Below, piece by piece: positions 43,602 through 54,316 of a stretch of 64,000 nucleotides of DNA. This DNA comes from a virus. Its lineage: Duplodnaviria; Caudoviricetes. Under the pieces are notes generated by a model. The model searched no databases. It was not told the origin of the DNA and was given only the letters and a program-made list of their open reading frames with translations. Location of the stretch: positions 1 through 64,000 of the IMG/VR virus record IMGVR_UViG_3300013830_000002; one strand, 5' to 3'. Both the position numbers and the translations under genes were made by a program. Position 1 is the first letter of the stretch. Each line of letters begins with the position of its first letter.

Positions 43602-44762
43602 ATGCAATTTGAAAAAGCATGTAAAAGACTCATCATCAGGGATGCCTTTTGGGGTATCCTGATGCTGGGGCTTAATAAGGAACATACAACAAAAGTAGAA
43701 ACACTTGCAGTTGCTAAGGAAGGAATTGGCTTAAAGCTTCTTATCAATGATGATTTCTGGAACTCATTAAATGATGCAGAACAAACAGCAATTCTGTTAC
43801 ACGAATTACATCATATTTGCTTTGGGCACATGCTTATGAGTCCAGATTTTCCTGACCATGAAAAGTTCAATTTAGCTTGTGATGCAGAAGTCAATCAATA
43901 TATTGAAGGACTTCCTCAAAACGATGGTCATGTTGATATTAAGCTACTTGGTCTGCCTGAAAAACAAGGAGCAAAATGGTATTATGAACATTGGCCAAGC
44001 AAACCAAAAGCCAGTGGTGATGGAAGTGATTCAAGTGGAAGTAGTGACGGTGAATTTTCACCCAACTTGATTGATGACCACTCTGCTTGGAAAGAATTTG
44101 AAAGAGCTTCTGATTCTCAAAAAGAGTTAATTAAAGCTCAAGTAGAAGGAATCATCAAACAAGCTGCTGAACAGACTCAAAAGTCAAGAGGAAAAATACC
44201 TGCTTATCTTAAAGAATATATTGATAATCTGCTTAAAGAAAGACCACGAATATACAACTGGAAAGCACAGTTCAGAAGAATGCTTGGAACTGAAATAGAC
44301 ACTACTATCAGAAGAACTCATAAAAGAGAGTCAAAAAGATTTGATTTTTCACCAGGAATTAAATTCAATCGAAAGATAAGTATTCTAGTAGCAATTGATA
44401 CTTCTGGCAGTGTTTCAGATGAAGAACTCTCAGAGTTTTTCAGCGAGATAATGTATATCAAAAGAGCAGGTGCAAAGGTAACTGTCTTAGAGTTTGATGC
44501 TGATGTTCATAGCGTTTGGGAATTCAAAGGATTTCAAAATATAAAAATTACAGGCAGAGGAGGAACTGATTTTGAACCTCCTGTTGATTGGTATAGACAA
44601 CATAGAAAAGATTATACTATGTTTGTAATGTTTACTGATGGTTATGCTCCAATAAACAATTTAAATGTTCCAAATAACAACATGACATGGGTTATAACTT
44701 CTTCTGGAGAAAGGAAGGATTATCCAGGGAAAGTAATCTATATTCCTGCTAAAGAAAATTAA
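43602..44762 (+). CDS. metallopeptidase + vWA domain protein (DUF2201-like)
   Basis: HELHH, AIDTSGSV (MIDAS), GRGGTDF, FTDGY. Confidence 0.9.
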   Translation: MQFEKACKRLIIRDAFWGILMLGLNKEHTTKVETLAVAKEGIGLKLLINDDFWNSLNDAEQTAILLHELHHICFGHMLMSPDFPDHEKFNLACDAEVNQYIEGLPQNDGHVDIKLLGLPEKQGAKWYYEHWPSKPKASGDGSDSSGSSDGEFSPNLIDDHSAWKEFERASDSQKELIKAQVEGIIKQAAEQTQKSRGKIPAYLKEYIDNLLKERPRIYNWKAQFRRMLGTEIDTTIRRTHKRESKRFDFSPGIKFNRKISILVAIDTSGSVSDEELSEFFSEIMYIKRAGAKVTVLEFDADVHSVWEFKGFQNIKITGRGGTDFEPPVDWYRQHRKDYTMFVMFTDGYAPINNLNVPNNNMTWVITSSGERKDYPGKVIYIPAKEN

Positions 44763-44792
44763 GATGTTTAATTATAATTTTTACAACAAAAA

Positions 44793-47488
44793 ATGAAAGA
44801 ATTAACATTAGGAGAATTCTCTAAAATCTTAAGTTACATGATTGATAACAATCACAGACTTATTGATGCTGGGGATACCCCAATTGCTGTTAATATTGAA
44901 GGTGAAGCTGGTATAGGTAAAACTTCCGTAGTTGAGGCAGTAGCAAGAGAAAAGAAAATGACATTCGTAAAAGTCTGTTTGAGTCAGATAGAAGAGACCG
45001 CTGACCTTGTTGGATTTCCATACAAGGAATATCTTATTAAACTTAACGGAGAAGAGAAATGGATTTCTGCTGATTTATTAAAGGACATGAATTGTGACTT
45101 TGAAACTACAAATAAATCACGAATGTCTTATGCAGTTCCTTCTTGGGTTCCAACTGAAGAAAATCCTAATGGAACTATGCTGGTTTTGGATGATTACTCG
45201 CGTGCTAGTTCTATGCTATTACAAGCTGTGATGGAGCTTATTAATACTGGTTCATATATTTCATGGAAGCTACCAAAGTACACTAATATAGTCCTCACTT
45301 CAAATCCTGATTCGGGAGAATACTCAGTTCAGACCCTTGATAATGCTCAGAAGTCTTAAAATTTAAAATGTAATAAAATCTAGAAAAGGGACCAAATAAT
45401 TGCTGTTAGTACTTGTTATTTTTAAAATAAATCGGTATTATTATCATAGATAAATTATATAAATTCTAATAATTATATTATGATAATAGACAAAATATTA
45501 AATTATAAACAAGGTATATATGGCTTATTTATAGCTAACCATATTTATGTAGGTAGTTCCATTAATTTAGGGGCAAGATTACGTAGTCATAGAAATTATC
45601 TACTACACAAGAAACATGATAACCAGTACTTACAGAGAGCAGTTAATAAGTATGGACTTAACATGCTGACATATAAAATTCTGGAATTTTGTCCAGGAAT
45701 ATCCATTATGGATTTAAGGAAAAGAGAACTTTACTACATTAATTTATACCATGCCGACCTGAATCTAAAGAAGGACCCTACTACAGAACAAAATTGTCTT
45801 ACCACAAGTAGGACAGTTTACTAGTATGACTAGTATGGGCACCTAGTATAGAAATGGGTATCCATAAGTGAGGCCGCTAGACATTTTAAAGTTAATGTAA
45901 GTAATATTGTATGTTGTTGTTCTAAACCAAAACGATAGCAGTGGTGCAAAGGATTTTTGTGGTCTTATAAATATCCATATCCATTTAAACTTCCTTAGCT
46001 TATTTATTTATTTAATTTAGATGGAAAATTTGCTGGAGAATATACATCTACTTCACAAATAGCTGAAAAAGTATTTTCTGATATAGATAGAAAAACTGTC
46101 TTATCTCAACTTAAGAAAAAAATAGACTCTGGTATACCATATAAAGAGTATTATCTTTCTACCTCAAAAACATTCTCGGTAACAAAAGATATGTTAAAAC
46201 GGCATCCAGTTAAACAGCTATAGATGATTATTTAGATACCAATCCGACAATCTATATTTATAATAAATAGAGTGAGCTTATAGGTATATCTAAATTTAAT
46301 GATTTAAAACATTCTCATATAATCAGAATTAGAATAAAAAATGGTACTTCATATAAATACTCTCTAGTTAAGCGTGAACCAGGAACATTTCAATCCCCTA
46401 CTAGGAGATTTAAATGTAAAGTTCAGGATAGATTTACTGGAGAAATTTTTATATATGATACAACGGCAGAAGCTGCAGTAGTTCTCTTTAATGATAAAAA
46501 ATAGTTAGGTAATATCAGAAAACATGTTAAATTACATACTCCTTTTAGAGGATATTATTTTTGGGACTTATAAAATTCTGTGAATTGCTGGAACATCCTT
46601 AGAGCCTCTACAGTACATTAATTTTAATTAAAAAACTTTGAAAAGTTAGAGGATTGGACAATCAGCAGCCAAGTCTATCAGGGATGGTAGAAAGGTTCAA
46701 CGCATAATACACACGGTCTAGTTCAGACTATGAAGTAACACGAGTGCAGAACCCTATTTTATAGGTGATGATATATGCTGAACTGTATAGAAATATACAG
46801 AAATTGAGATAAAAACCTCAATGATAACATAATGCGACTTGTGACCTTTAATGGTAAGTTCGATATTCAACAGTGGGCTAAATGGGCAGAGAATTTTGGT
46901 ATTGATGGTAGGGCAATTAACTTTGCTCTCTATTATAACACAGAATTATTTGAACCTAAGAATAATGTAGTTGTTGCAAATGCAAGAAATTACACTACTT
47001 TCTGTAGGGCAATTGCTGGACTTCCAAAATGGAATGATGAGAAGACTCTTGAAATAATCCTTGAAATTGCTTCAGGATGCTTTCTTGACAAAGACCAAGT
47101 AGTTGGAACTCTCTTCACTCAGTTTATCAATAACAATCTTGATAAACTTATTTCACCAGAGAGGCTTCTTAATGGTGAATGGGAAGTAGTAAAGCAGGAA
47201 ATTCTTAACTGTGTTTATGCTAATGGTAATACAAGCTCCTATAATTATAAGGCAAATATTGCAAATATTCTTGGAACTCGTTTCATGAATTATTGCAATA
47301 AGTATCTTGGCACAGACAAAGCTGACTCAAAGAAAGTTGCAGACAGGATTGATAAGTTTGTTACTTCTGATATTCAGCTTTTCAGTCAGGATATTATGTA
47401 CAATATAGTCAAGACTATATGTAGCAATCATACAAGTCTTACAAACAGATGGTTTTTAAATAAGAACATTAGACAAATAGCAATCTGA
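44793..47488 (+). CDS. MoxR-like AAA+ ATPase split by a group I intron; exons 44793-45356 and 46835-47488
   Basis: GEAGIGKT, LDDYSRA, TSNP; spliced LDNAQKS|RLV restores the Arg finger. Confidence 0.88.
45357..46834 (+). mobile_element. group I intron in MoxR ATPase
   Basis: P aattgctggaa, Q aatcagcagcc, R gttcaacgcata, S gatgatatatgc; ends in G. Confidence 0.88.
45480..46573 (+). CDS. intron-encoded GIY-YIG/NUMOD1 endonuclease, many TAG, apparent frameshift near 46210
   Basis: GIY...YVGSS..L..R; VY(TAG)YD...SISEAARH. Confidence 0.78.
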
Positions 47489-48672
47489 TGCAACACAACA
47501 AACTTAGTCTTTATGGATATGAAGGATATTAGATAATACCCTTCACTGGTTATTTCTTTAACAAGGACAACTGGAATCGTAGTTCATATCGTACAAAATT
47601 CATTTAGGATTATGGGATAGTCTGGGCAGGAAGAAAGTCCTGTCCGTTTATCCTCAGAACAGAAATTTCCAAAGCTATCATAGAGGCTTTAACCTCTTAT
47701 AAGGATAAAGAAGAAAAATTTATGAAGCTTGATGCTGTAAAGGGTAAAGAGTATATCCCAAAACAGGGAGATACTCTTTATTTTGACAAAAAATGTAAAA
47801 TTCCAAGAATAAAAATTGAGGGAATCTGGAATCGGACTACTAAAATAGAAAAAGCTGATATTGTAGTTATTCCCAAGATAGAGGGCTATCAGAAATTAAG
47901 TGACTATCTTATTTTCTGTGATGAAAATGCAAAGGTTTTATATCTCGGAAATGTTGACTCGAAGCTAAGTGACCACCTATCAGAAGGAATGACAATACAG
48001 CAGCTCCACAGTATTGCATTTCTTGGAAGTTCCTTTGCAGGCAACAGGGCTGCTGAAGACGAAAATTATCAAAGAGCAAAGGCATCCAAACTTATCTATA
48101 AAGGTGACTTGGTTGCTTTTCCTGAAGGCAACACTTATGCTTATGATATAATTGATGGTATTATACCTAAATTTATCTTTGAAAATAAGCTGATTTCTCT
48201 AATAGACCGGCCTGATGAAAAATTTGACGCAGAAGCTGTTGATGGAATAATCTCATTACTGGAAAGTAAGGATGATGAGTCTGTAAAAATGGGAATGAGA
48301 ACTTTGGCCAATATGGATTATACTCACTATATCAGTATTGCAAGATATATTTTGCATAGAACTGAGCATAACTGGAATAACCATAAGCCTTTCAATAGTG
48401 CTGCTAATTTTATGCTTGACAGCATCTACAAAGGAACCAGGTCAACAACACCTTTCTCTGATGTTACAAAGGAAGAGTTTGAGTTATGTAAGCCTATTAT
48501 TGAATCAATAATGAAAGGTGAGCTTAGGGATACTGTTAGTTATCTTTGTGACAGTACAAATTTAAAGCTGGATTTTACATACGATGTGAAGGTCAGCTAT
48601 CCAGAAAATAAGCCTGATAAGTCAGGATTCTCTGATGAAGATGTAAAGGAAATGTTTGAAGGAGTGGAGTAA
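47488..48672 (+). CDS. hypothetical protein (2 TAG) downstream of MoxR
   Basis: TGATG-coupled start is in frame with the 47722 ORF. Confidence 0.75.
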
Positions 48673-49481
48673 TGAAATTCATTGATAATAAAGTAATACT
48701 TTTGAATCCTTCTGGTTTTGAAAGTGCCTTACCTAAAATTTCTGCAAACAAGAATGTCACAGATATTTCTAACAATAAGACACTCTCATTAGCTGTAGAT
48801 TATCTGAGAATTCCATTAAAAGAATTCGATGAAAATCAAATGTTTGAAAATTTCATGTGGGATGTTGAACCAGGTATAAGAATAATCAAAAAACCTGATT
48901 TTGTGTATATTACAGCTTGCCAGAATCTTATTACTCATAATCTTGAGAAATACAAGATAAATGCAATGCTTTATCCTGATAACTTTGAAAAGTTTTATAC
49001 ATTTAAGGTAAAATGTTCTAAGAAAGCATTCAGGGTAATGGAAGAATTGCATGAAAAGCTCACAATAGAGTTATTTACACTGTATGCTCACATAGATTAC
49101 AAGAAACCCCTCGAAGTTATTCCACCAAAATTCATCACTGATGAAGTTGAGAATACTGAGTTCACAGAAGAGGATGTTGCTCCTGACAGGGTAATCATGA
49201 CAATCATGCAGAAAAAATATTCTGCTGAAACCATGATAGCTGCAAGCAACTATATTGCAGAAGAAGCCTGCTTTAAGCAGCTTTGTACAATGCACCCAGA
49301 TAAACATTCTGAATATGAGGAATCTCTTTTATCAGAACAAATTTCCCTGACTGTATATGTATCAACCTGGGAAAGTGAGATATTACAAAAACATGATTCT
49401 ATCAGAAATAAGGAAGTCCTGCAAATATTGGATTCCATGAAAGAAGCTATAACTGAGAAGAATAATGATAAAAACAATTGA
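48672..49481 (+). CDS. hypothetical protein, possibly a degenerate ThyX-fold paralogue
   Basis: Colinear weak similarity to both thyX copies; no catalytic motif. Confidence 0.55.
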   Translation: MKFIDNKVILLNPSGFESALPKISANKNVTDISNNKTLSLAVDYLRIPLKEFDENQMFENFMWDVEPGIRIIKKPDFVYITACQNLITHNLEKYKINAMLYPDNFEKFYTFKVKCSKKAFRVMEELHEKLTIELFTLYAHIDYKKPLEVIPPKFITDEVENTEFTEEDVAPDRVIMTIMQKKYSAETMIAASNYIAEEACFKQLCTMHPDKHSEYEESLLSEQISLTVYVSTWESEILQKHDSIRNKEVLQILDSMKEAITEKNNDKNN

Positions 49482-49722
49482 AAAATTTGGGGCAACATGG
49501 TGTGGGCCCTGTAGACAATTGGATAAGGTACTACTTGAAGTACCCGACACTATTAAAGTTATTCATCACGATGCTGATGAGGAACCAGATTTATTCGATG
49601 ATAAGAAAATCAGGAATGTGCCTGTGCTTATTTTTGAAGATGAAAGTGGTGCTGAGAAAGAAAGGCTTACCGGAGCAGTACCATACTCAAAAATTGACGA
49701 AATCATTAAAAAATATGCCTGA
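49465..49722 (+). CDS. thioredoxin
   Basis: WCGPC, IRNVPVL. Confidence 0.9.
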   Translation: MIKTIEKFGATWCGPCRQLDKVLLEVPDTIKVIHHDADEEPDLFDDKKIRNVPVLIFEDESGAEKERLTGAVPYSKIDEIIKKYA

Positions 49723-50050
49723 TGAACAAACTTGTTAGATTTCATTAAGTCTTTATAACAGGCTTAGAGAGCTTGGAATTATTGACTCTTCAGACACGAG
49801 AGAGGCAAATGCTGGTACAAGCGATTATTCCAAACATACTATACAACCCTGGTCAATATGGATTGACTATAAACTTAATCCATTTGATGCTGATATAGTA
49901 AAAAGAATCCTCAGGAAAAAGGGTAATACCCATGAGGAAATAAGAGCCAACAGAAAACTGGATTATCAAAAGATTATTCATATCTGCAAAGAAAGACTAA
50001 GACAATTGGATTGTAATTATGAAACAGAAAAAAGACAAGTGGAAGGATGA
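49715..50050 (+). CDS. SaV/DUF3310-related protein (1 TAG)
   Basis: SDYSKHTIQPW, FDADIVKRILR, DYQKIIH. Confidence 0.7.
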
Positions 50051-50168
50051 TTCTGATGAGCTAAGGCAACCTAAGCATCGTAAAATCAAGGAAAAAAGGC
50101 ATCATAAACCATCAATTTATGATGACTTTAATGATGAATAGTATGATGTAAATGGAAAATTCTATTAA
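50019..50168 (+). CDS. small charged hypothetical protein (1 TAG)
   Basis: ATG 50019 to TAA 50168. Confidence 0.45.
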
Positions 50169-50182
50169 ATTTTAACATAAAA

Positions 50183-50256
50183 AAGCTTGGTTTATCTGTA
50201 GAAAATCGGTATGATTGAAACTACTCCTTGTGGTATTTTACAGATAAACCAAGCTT
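50183..50256. promoter_or_regulatory. 18-bp perfect inverted repeat overlapping a promoter-like motif upstream of nrdD
   Basis: aagcttggtttatctgta ... tacagataaaccaagctt. Confidence 0.65.
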
Positions 50257-50314
50257 ATTTTTTAGATATTTTAAAACAAAAACAGATGCTTATCAAATAC
50301 AAGTAAATTATTTT

Positions 50315-52507
50315 ATGAGCAATCAAATCAATGTAGTGAAAAGGGATGGAACACATGTCCCCTTTTCTTATTAGAAAATTGAAAATGTGTTAGTAAAAGC
50401 CTTTAATGCAGTAGGTAAAAATCCAGTACCGACAGAATGGTTGCAATCTCTTCTTGATAGTATACACATCAGAGATAACATGCCAGTTGAAGACATTCAA
50501 ACAGAAGTTCAAAAAGCTTTAATGAAGCATGGATGTTACAAAACTGCTGCTGCTTATATTGCTTATAGAGAAGAGCATAAAAATACCAAACTTATAAGAG
50601 ATAAAATCAATTATATCTTGAAGTATAGTGCTTCATCAGGAAATGCGGCTACAAATTCAAATACTGATGCTAATGCCAATAACTCTGTAAAGAATGTTTC
50701 TTCTATTGAACCTGAAGTATTCAAGGACAAAAACAGACTTATTCAAAGACAGCTTATGAAGGATACTTTGAGTAAACTTTATCCTGAATCTGGTTTAGGA
50801 AAACAATACATTGAAGATTTAAATAATCATATATTATATCCCCATGATGAATCTTGCTCACCGATTCCGAAGGCATACTGTGGTGCATATACTTTGTATC
50901 CATTAATACAAGAAGGTGTGGGAAATATTGATGCAGTAACTCCTACTTCACCTAATGATATTCAATCATTTAGTGGTCAAGTTACTAATCTTATTTTTGC
51001 TCTTTCTGCACAAACTAAGGGGGCTGTCGCCGTTGGCGACTACATGATAGCATTGAATTATTATGTTATTAAAGAGTTTGGTCCAAAGTGGTATGACAAG
51101 CTTGATGAAGTCATCTGTAACTCTAATGTAGTTGATGCTAATAAGAGAACTATCAGGCGTGAAATCAAGAAGGGAATGAAACAATTCATATATGGAGTCA
51201 ACCAACCGCAAGGCAATAGAGGATTTCAGAGTCCGTTTACAAATATAAACATTTTCGATAAATATTATTTTCAATCTATGTTTGGGGAGTTCTACTATCC
51301 TGATGGCACCCAAGCTGAATGGAAAGCAGTTGATACTTTGCAAAGAATTTTTGTTGATTTGCTTATAGAAATCAGGACAATAAAACCCTGCACATTTCCT
51401 GTAGTTACTTTTGCACTTCTATATGATGAAAACGGATATAAAGACAAGGAATATGAGCAATTCTGTGCCGATGAGTGGGCTAAAGGAAGCAGCCACTTCC
51501 TGTATCACAGTAACAATGCAGATTCTTTAAGTTCCTGCTGCAGGGTTTCCAACAAAATTACTGAAAATACATTCAGCTCTACTACTGGTATGACAGGTGT
51601 AATGACTGGTTCCTGTAATGTCATTACCCTTAATATAAACAGAATAACACAGGATTATTTCAGAAGTATAACTACCAAGGAAGGAATTGAGAATGAAAAG
51701 AAATATCACTACCAGGGATTGCAAAACTACATTGCAGAAATCCTTGAAAGAGTATACAAGTATCATATTGCATATAAGACAATGTTGTATGAGCTTGAGG
51801 AGCAGGGAATGATTTCATATAGTAAAGCAAACTATCTTTACATTAAGAAACTTTACTCAACCATTGGAGTACTTGGATATTATGAAGCTGCTAAATTCTT
51901 GGGACTTGCTGACAACAGTGACGAATATGTTGATTTTCAAGCTTCCATAATGGGAAGAATCTCCAAAGAGAATAAAGCACATAGTATATATGATAAGAAA
52001 CGTCCGTTTATATTTAATCTTGAAGCTGTTCCTGGAGAAAATTTAGGAGTAAAACTCTACAATTGGGATAAAGCAGATGGATATACAGTCCCTGCTGACC
52101 AAAATCTGTATAACTGTTATTTCTTTAATCCTTGGAAGGAAAATAATGTTCTGACTAAACTGAAAATGCATGGTGGCAGAATTAGTGCTGCAAGTGACGG
52201 AGGGCAAGGATGTCACATTAATCTTGACACACACTTGTCATCTAAGCAATATAAGCAAATAATGGCTGCCGCCAGAAAATATAAATGTAATTACTTTACT
52301 TTCAATATACCTATTTCGGAATGCAAATCATGTGGCCATGTAGTAAATGGCCCTGTTGACAAATGCCCTATATGTGGGTCTACAGATATTGATTATTGGA
52401 CACGAGTAATCGGATTTCTAAGACCTATATCCACATGGGGTAAGGAGCGTCAGGATGAATTCTGGAAAAGGTATTTTGGAAAAGAACGAATACATCCAAA
52501 CAATTAA
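50315..52507 (+). CDS. nrdD: anaerobic ribonucleoside-triphosphate reductase (class III), TAG in the ATP cone
   Basis: VVKRDG ATP cone from 50315; SSCCR; CKSC/CPIC; TRVIGFL glycyl-radical motif. Confidence 0.93.
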
Positions 52508-52976
52508 TTACTTTTACAATGGAAAAAATCAAGACATTCAGAGGCTCAGATATAACTGAGCAAGTAAATGATTTCATAGAGAAGTATGTTGATACTTTGG
52601 TTTATATAAAATATAAACCATTAGTTGCAAATTTTTCTACAGCTGTCGTTGAAACTGCATTGCTTGTTTACATTCCAAAACAGAAATCAAATGAATAGAC
52701 AAGATTTGAAAGACCTTCTTTTGTTTGCACAGTCTCAATCTCTGATGTCAAAACCTGTTACAGAGGTAGTTCCATTATGGGATAAATGGCTTAGGGAATA
52801 CTTTGAGGACTGCGAAGCAGACTATTGGATAGGTCAAAATGATTTATGTTAATGTACTATGACATATTTGGATAAGTATCCTGCTTGCAAGGGCTGCCCA
52901 CTGACTAAGTGGTGTGGCTCTGCTGTAAGCAGTGCAAGATGCTGCAATTCATACTCATCTATACTTAATTGGAAAG

Positions 52977-53183
52977 ATGACAGAGTTTGTGTTGCATGAA
53001 AAAGAAGAAGCCAAGGCACAAGAGTTTATAAGCAAACATAAACTCTGTGCTAAAAGGCATCCGACTACAATAGGGGGTCATATTACCTATAAGTTTACAC
53101 CTACCTCAATCGGGGTAGGTGTTTCCATCTATTGCAGTTTATGTGGAAAAGAAGAAAACATAACTAACTACAGCCTATGGTAA
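52977..53183 (+). CDS. hypothetical protein
   Basis: IGG..TYKFTPTSIG...CSLCG phage motif; start at the internal ATG. Confidence 0.65.
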   Translation: MTEFVLHEKEEAKAQEFISKHKLCAKRHPTTIGGHITYKFTPTSIGVGVSIYCSLCGKEENITNYSLW

Positions 53184-53346
53184 TACTTCTTAGTCTGTTT
53201 TTCTTGTATATGCTTTTTGCCTTGGCTATGATGATAACTTTAGCAGCTTGCCATGAAAACTGGAAGACAGTATTAATCTGGGGAACACTGTGGCCAACTT
53301 ACTTATATAAGTTGGTTAGCAGTATTAATAATAATGTTAATGAATT

Positions 53347-53877
53347 ATGAATATAGCTTTAGTTGCCCATGACGGGCGTAAAAAAGAACTTCTTGAATGG
53401 GTTAAATATAATGCAGAGGCACTGATGAAGCATCAGTTATTTGCAACTGGTACAACTGGAAAGCTCATTCAGGAAATGTTTATAGAAAATGATGATAGTA
53501 ATATGTTTCCTCTTGGAACCTCTGAGAAGAAAACATACTATGAGCAAAAGGTTACAAGGCTTTTATCTGGTCCACTTGGTGGGGACCAACAGATAGGCTC
53601 AATGATAGCAACTGGCAAGATTGATGTACTTATTTTTTTCTGTGATAATCTGCTAATGCAGGGGCATCAAAATGATGTGAGTGCATTATCAAGACTTGCT
53701 TCTCTGTATAATATACCTTTTGCTACCAATAGAACAACTGCAGATATGATTATGACTTCTCCGTTATTTGGAAATCCTGAATATAAGAGAGTCATTCCAG
53801 CTTCTATAGATAACTATGCTAACCGTCAATTAAACACAGCTAATGTTAAGAATAGTAAGAAAGTGGAATAGGCCTGA
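53347..53877 (+). CDS. mgsA: methylglyoxal synthase
   Basis: IALVAHD..K, ATGTTG, SGPLGGDQQIG, H..DV.AL.R; TAG read-through to TGA. Confidence 0.92.
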
Positions 53878-54316
53878 TTACTGTATAGGCAAACTTTATT
53901 TAGACAATAAATATATTTGTGATACTCTTGAAGACACTGACAGAGGACTACATTAGTAGATGTCAGAAGCCGAAATAAAGGCTAAAAAAGTTTATGGAAA
54001 AACTGCTGTTCCTGTAGGAACCTATAAGGTTGATATGACAATATCTCCTAAATTTGCATCGCGGATATGGGGAAAGCATTATAATGGAAAAGTTCCTCAG
54101 TTATTAAATGTGCCTGGATTTGATGGAATTCGTATACATCCTTTGAACACAGCTGCTGATAGCCTCGGATGTATTGGGTTAGGACAAAATAAAATTAAAG
54201 GTAAAATAGTCAATTCTACCAATACCTATTATAATGTAGTAGACAATTATATTATGCCAATAATTAGAAAAAAGGAAAAAGTATTATTAAGGATTGAGAG
54301 AGAATTTTATGTGTGA
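53843..54316 (+). CDS. DUF5675 family protein (2 TAG)
   Basis: IGKLY...CDTLED, TAVPVGTY, GIRIHPLN...SLGCI. Confidence 0.78.

Noticed and set aside
9550-46834. Inteins as the explanation for the insertions
   Set aside because: The inserts break the frame with TAA stops, lack intein terminal residues and contain group I core elements
641-53877. Genome-wide TGA reassignment
   Set aside because: Many genes end in TGA with coupled starts (ATGA/TGATG at 11136, 23154, 39528, 47488); only two local exceptions were seen
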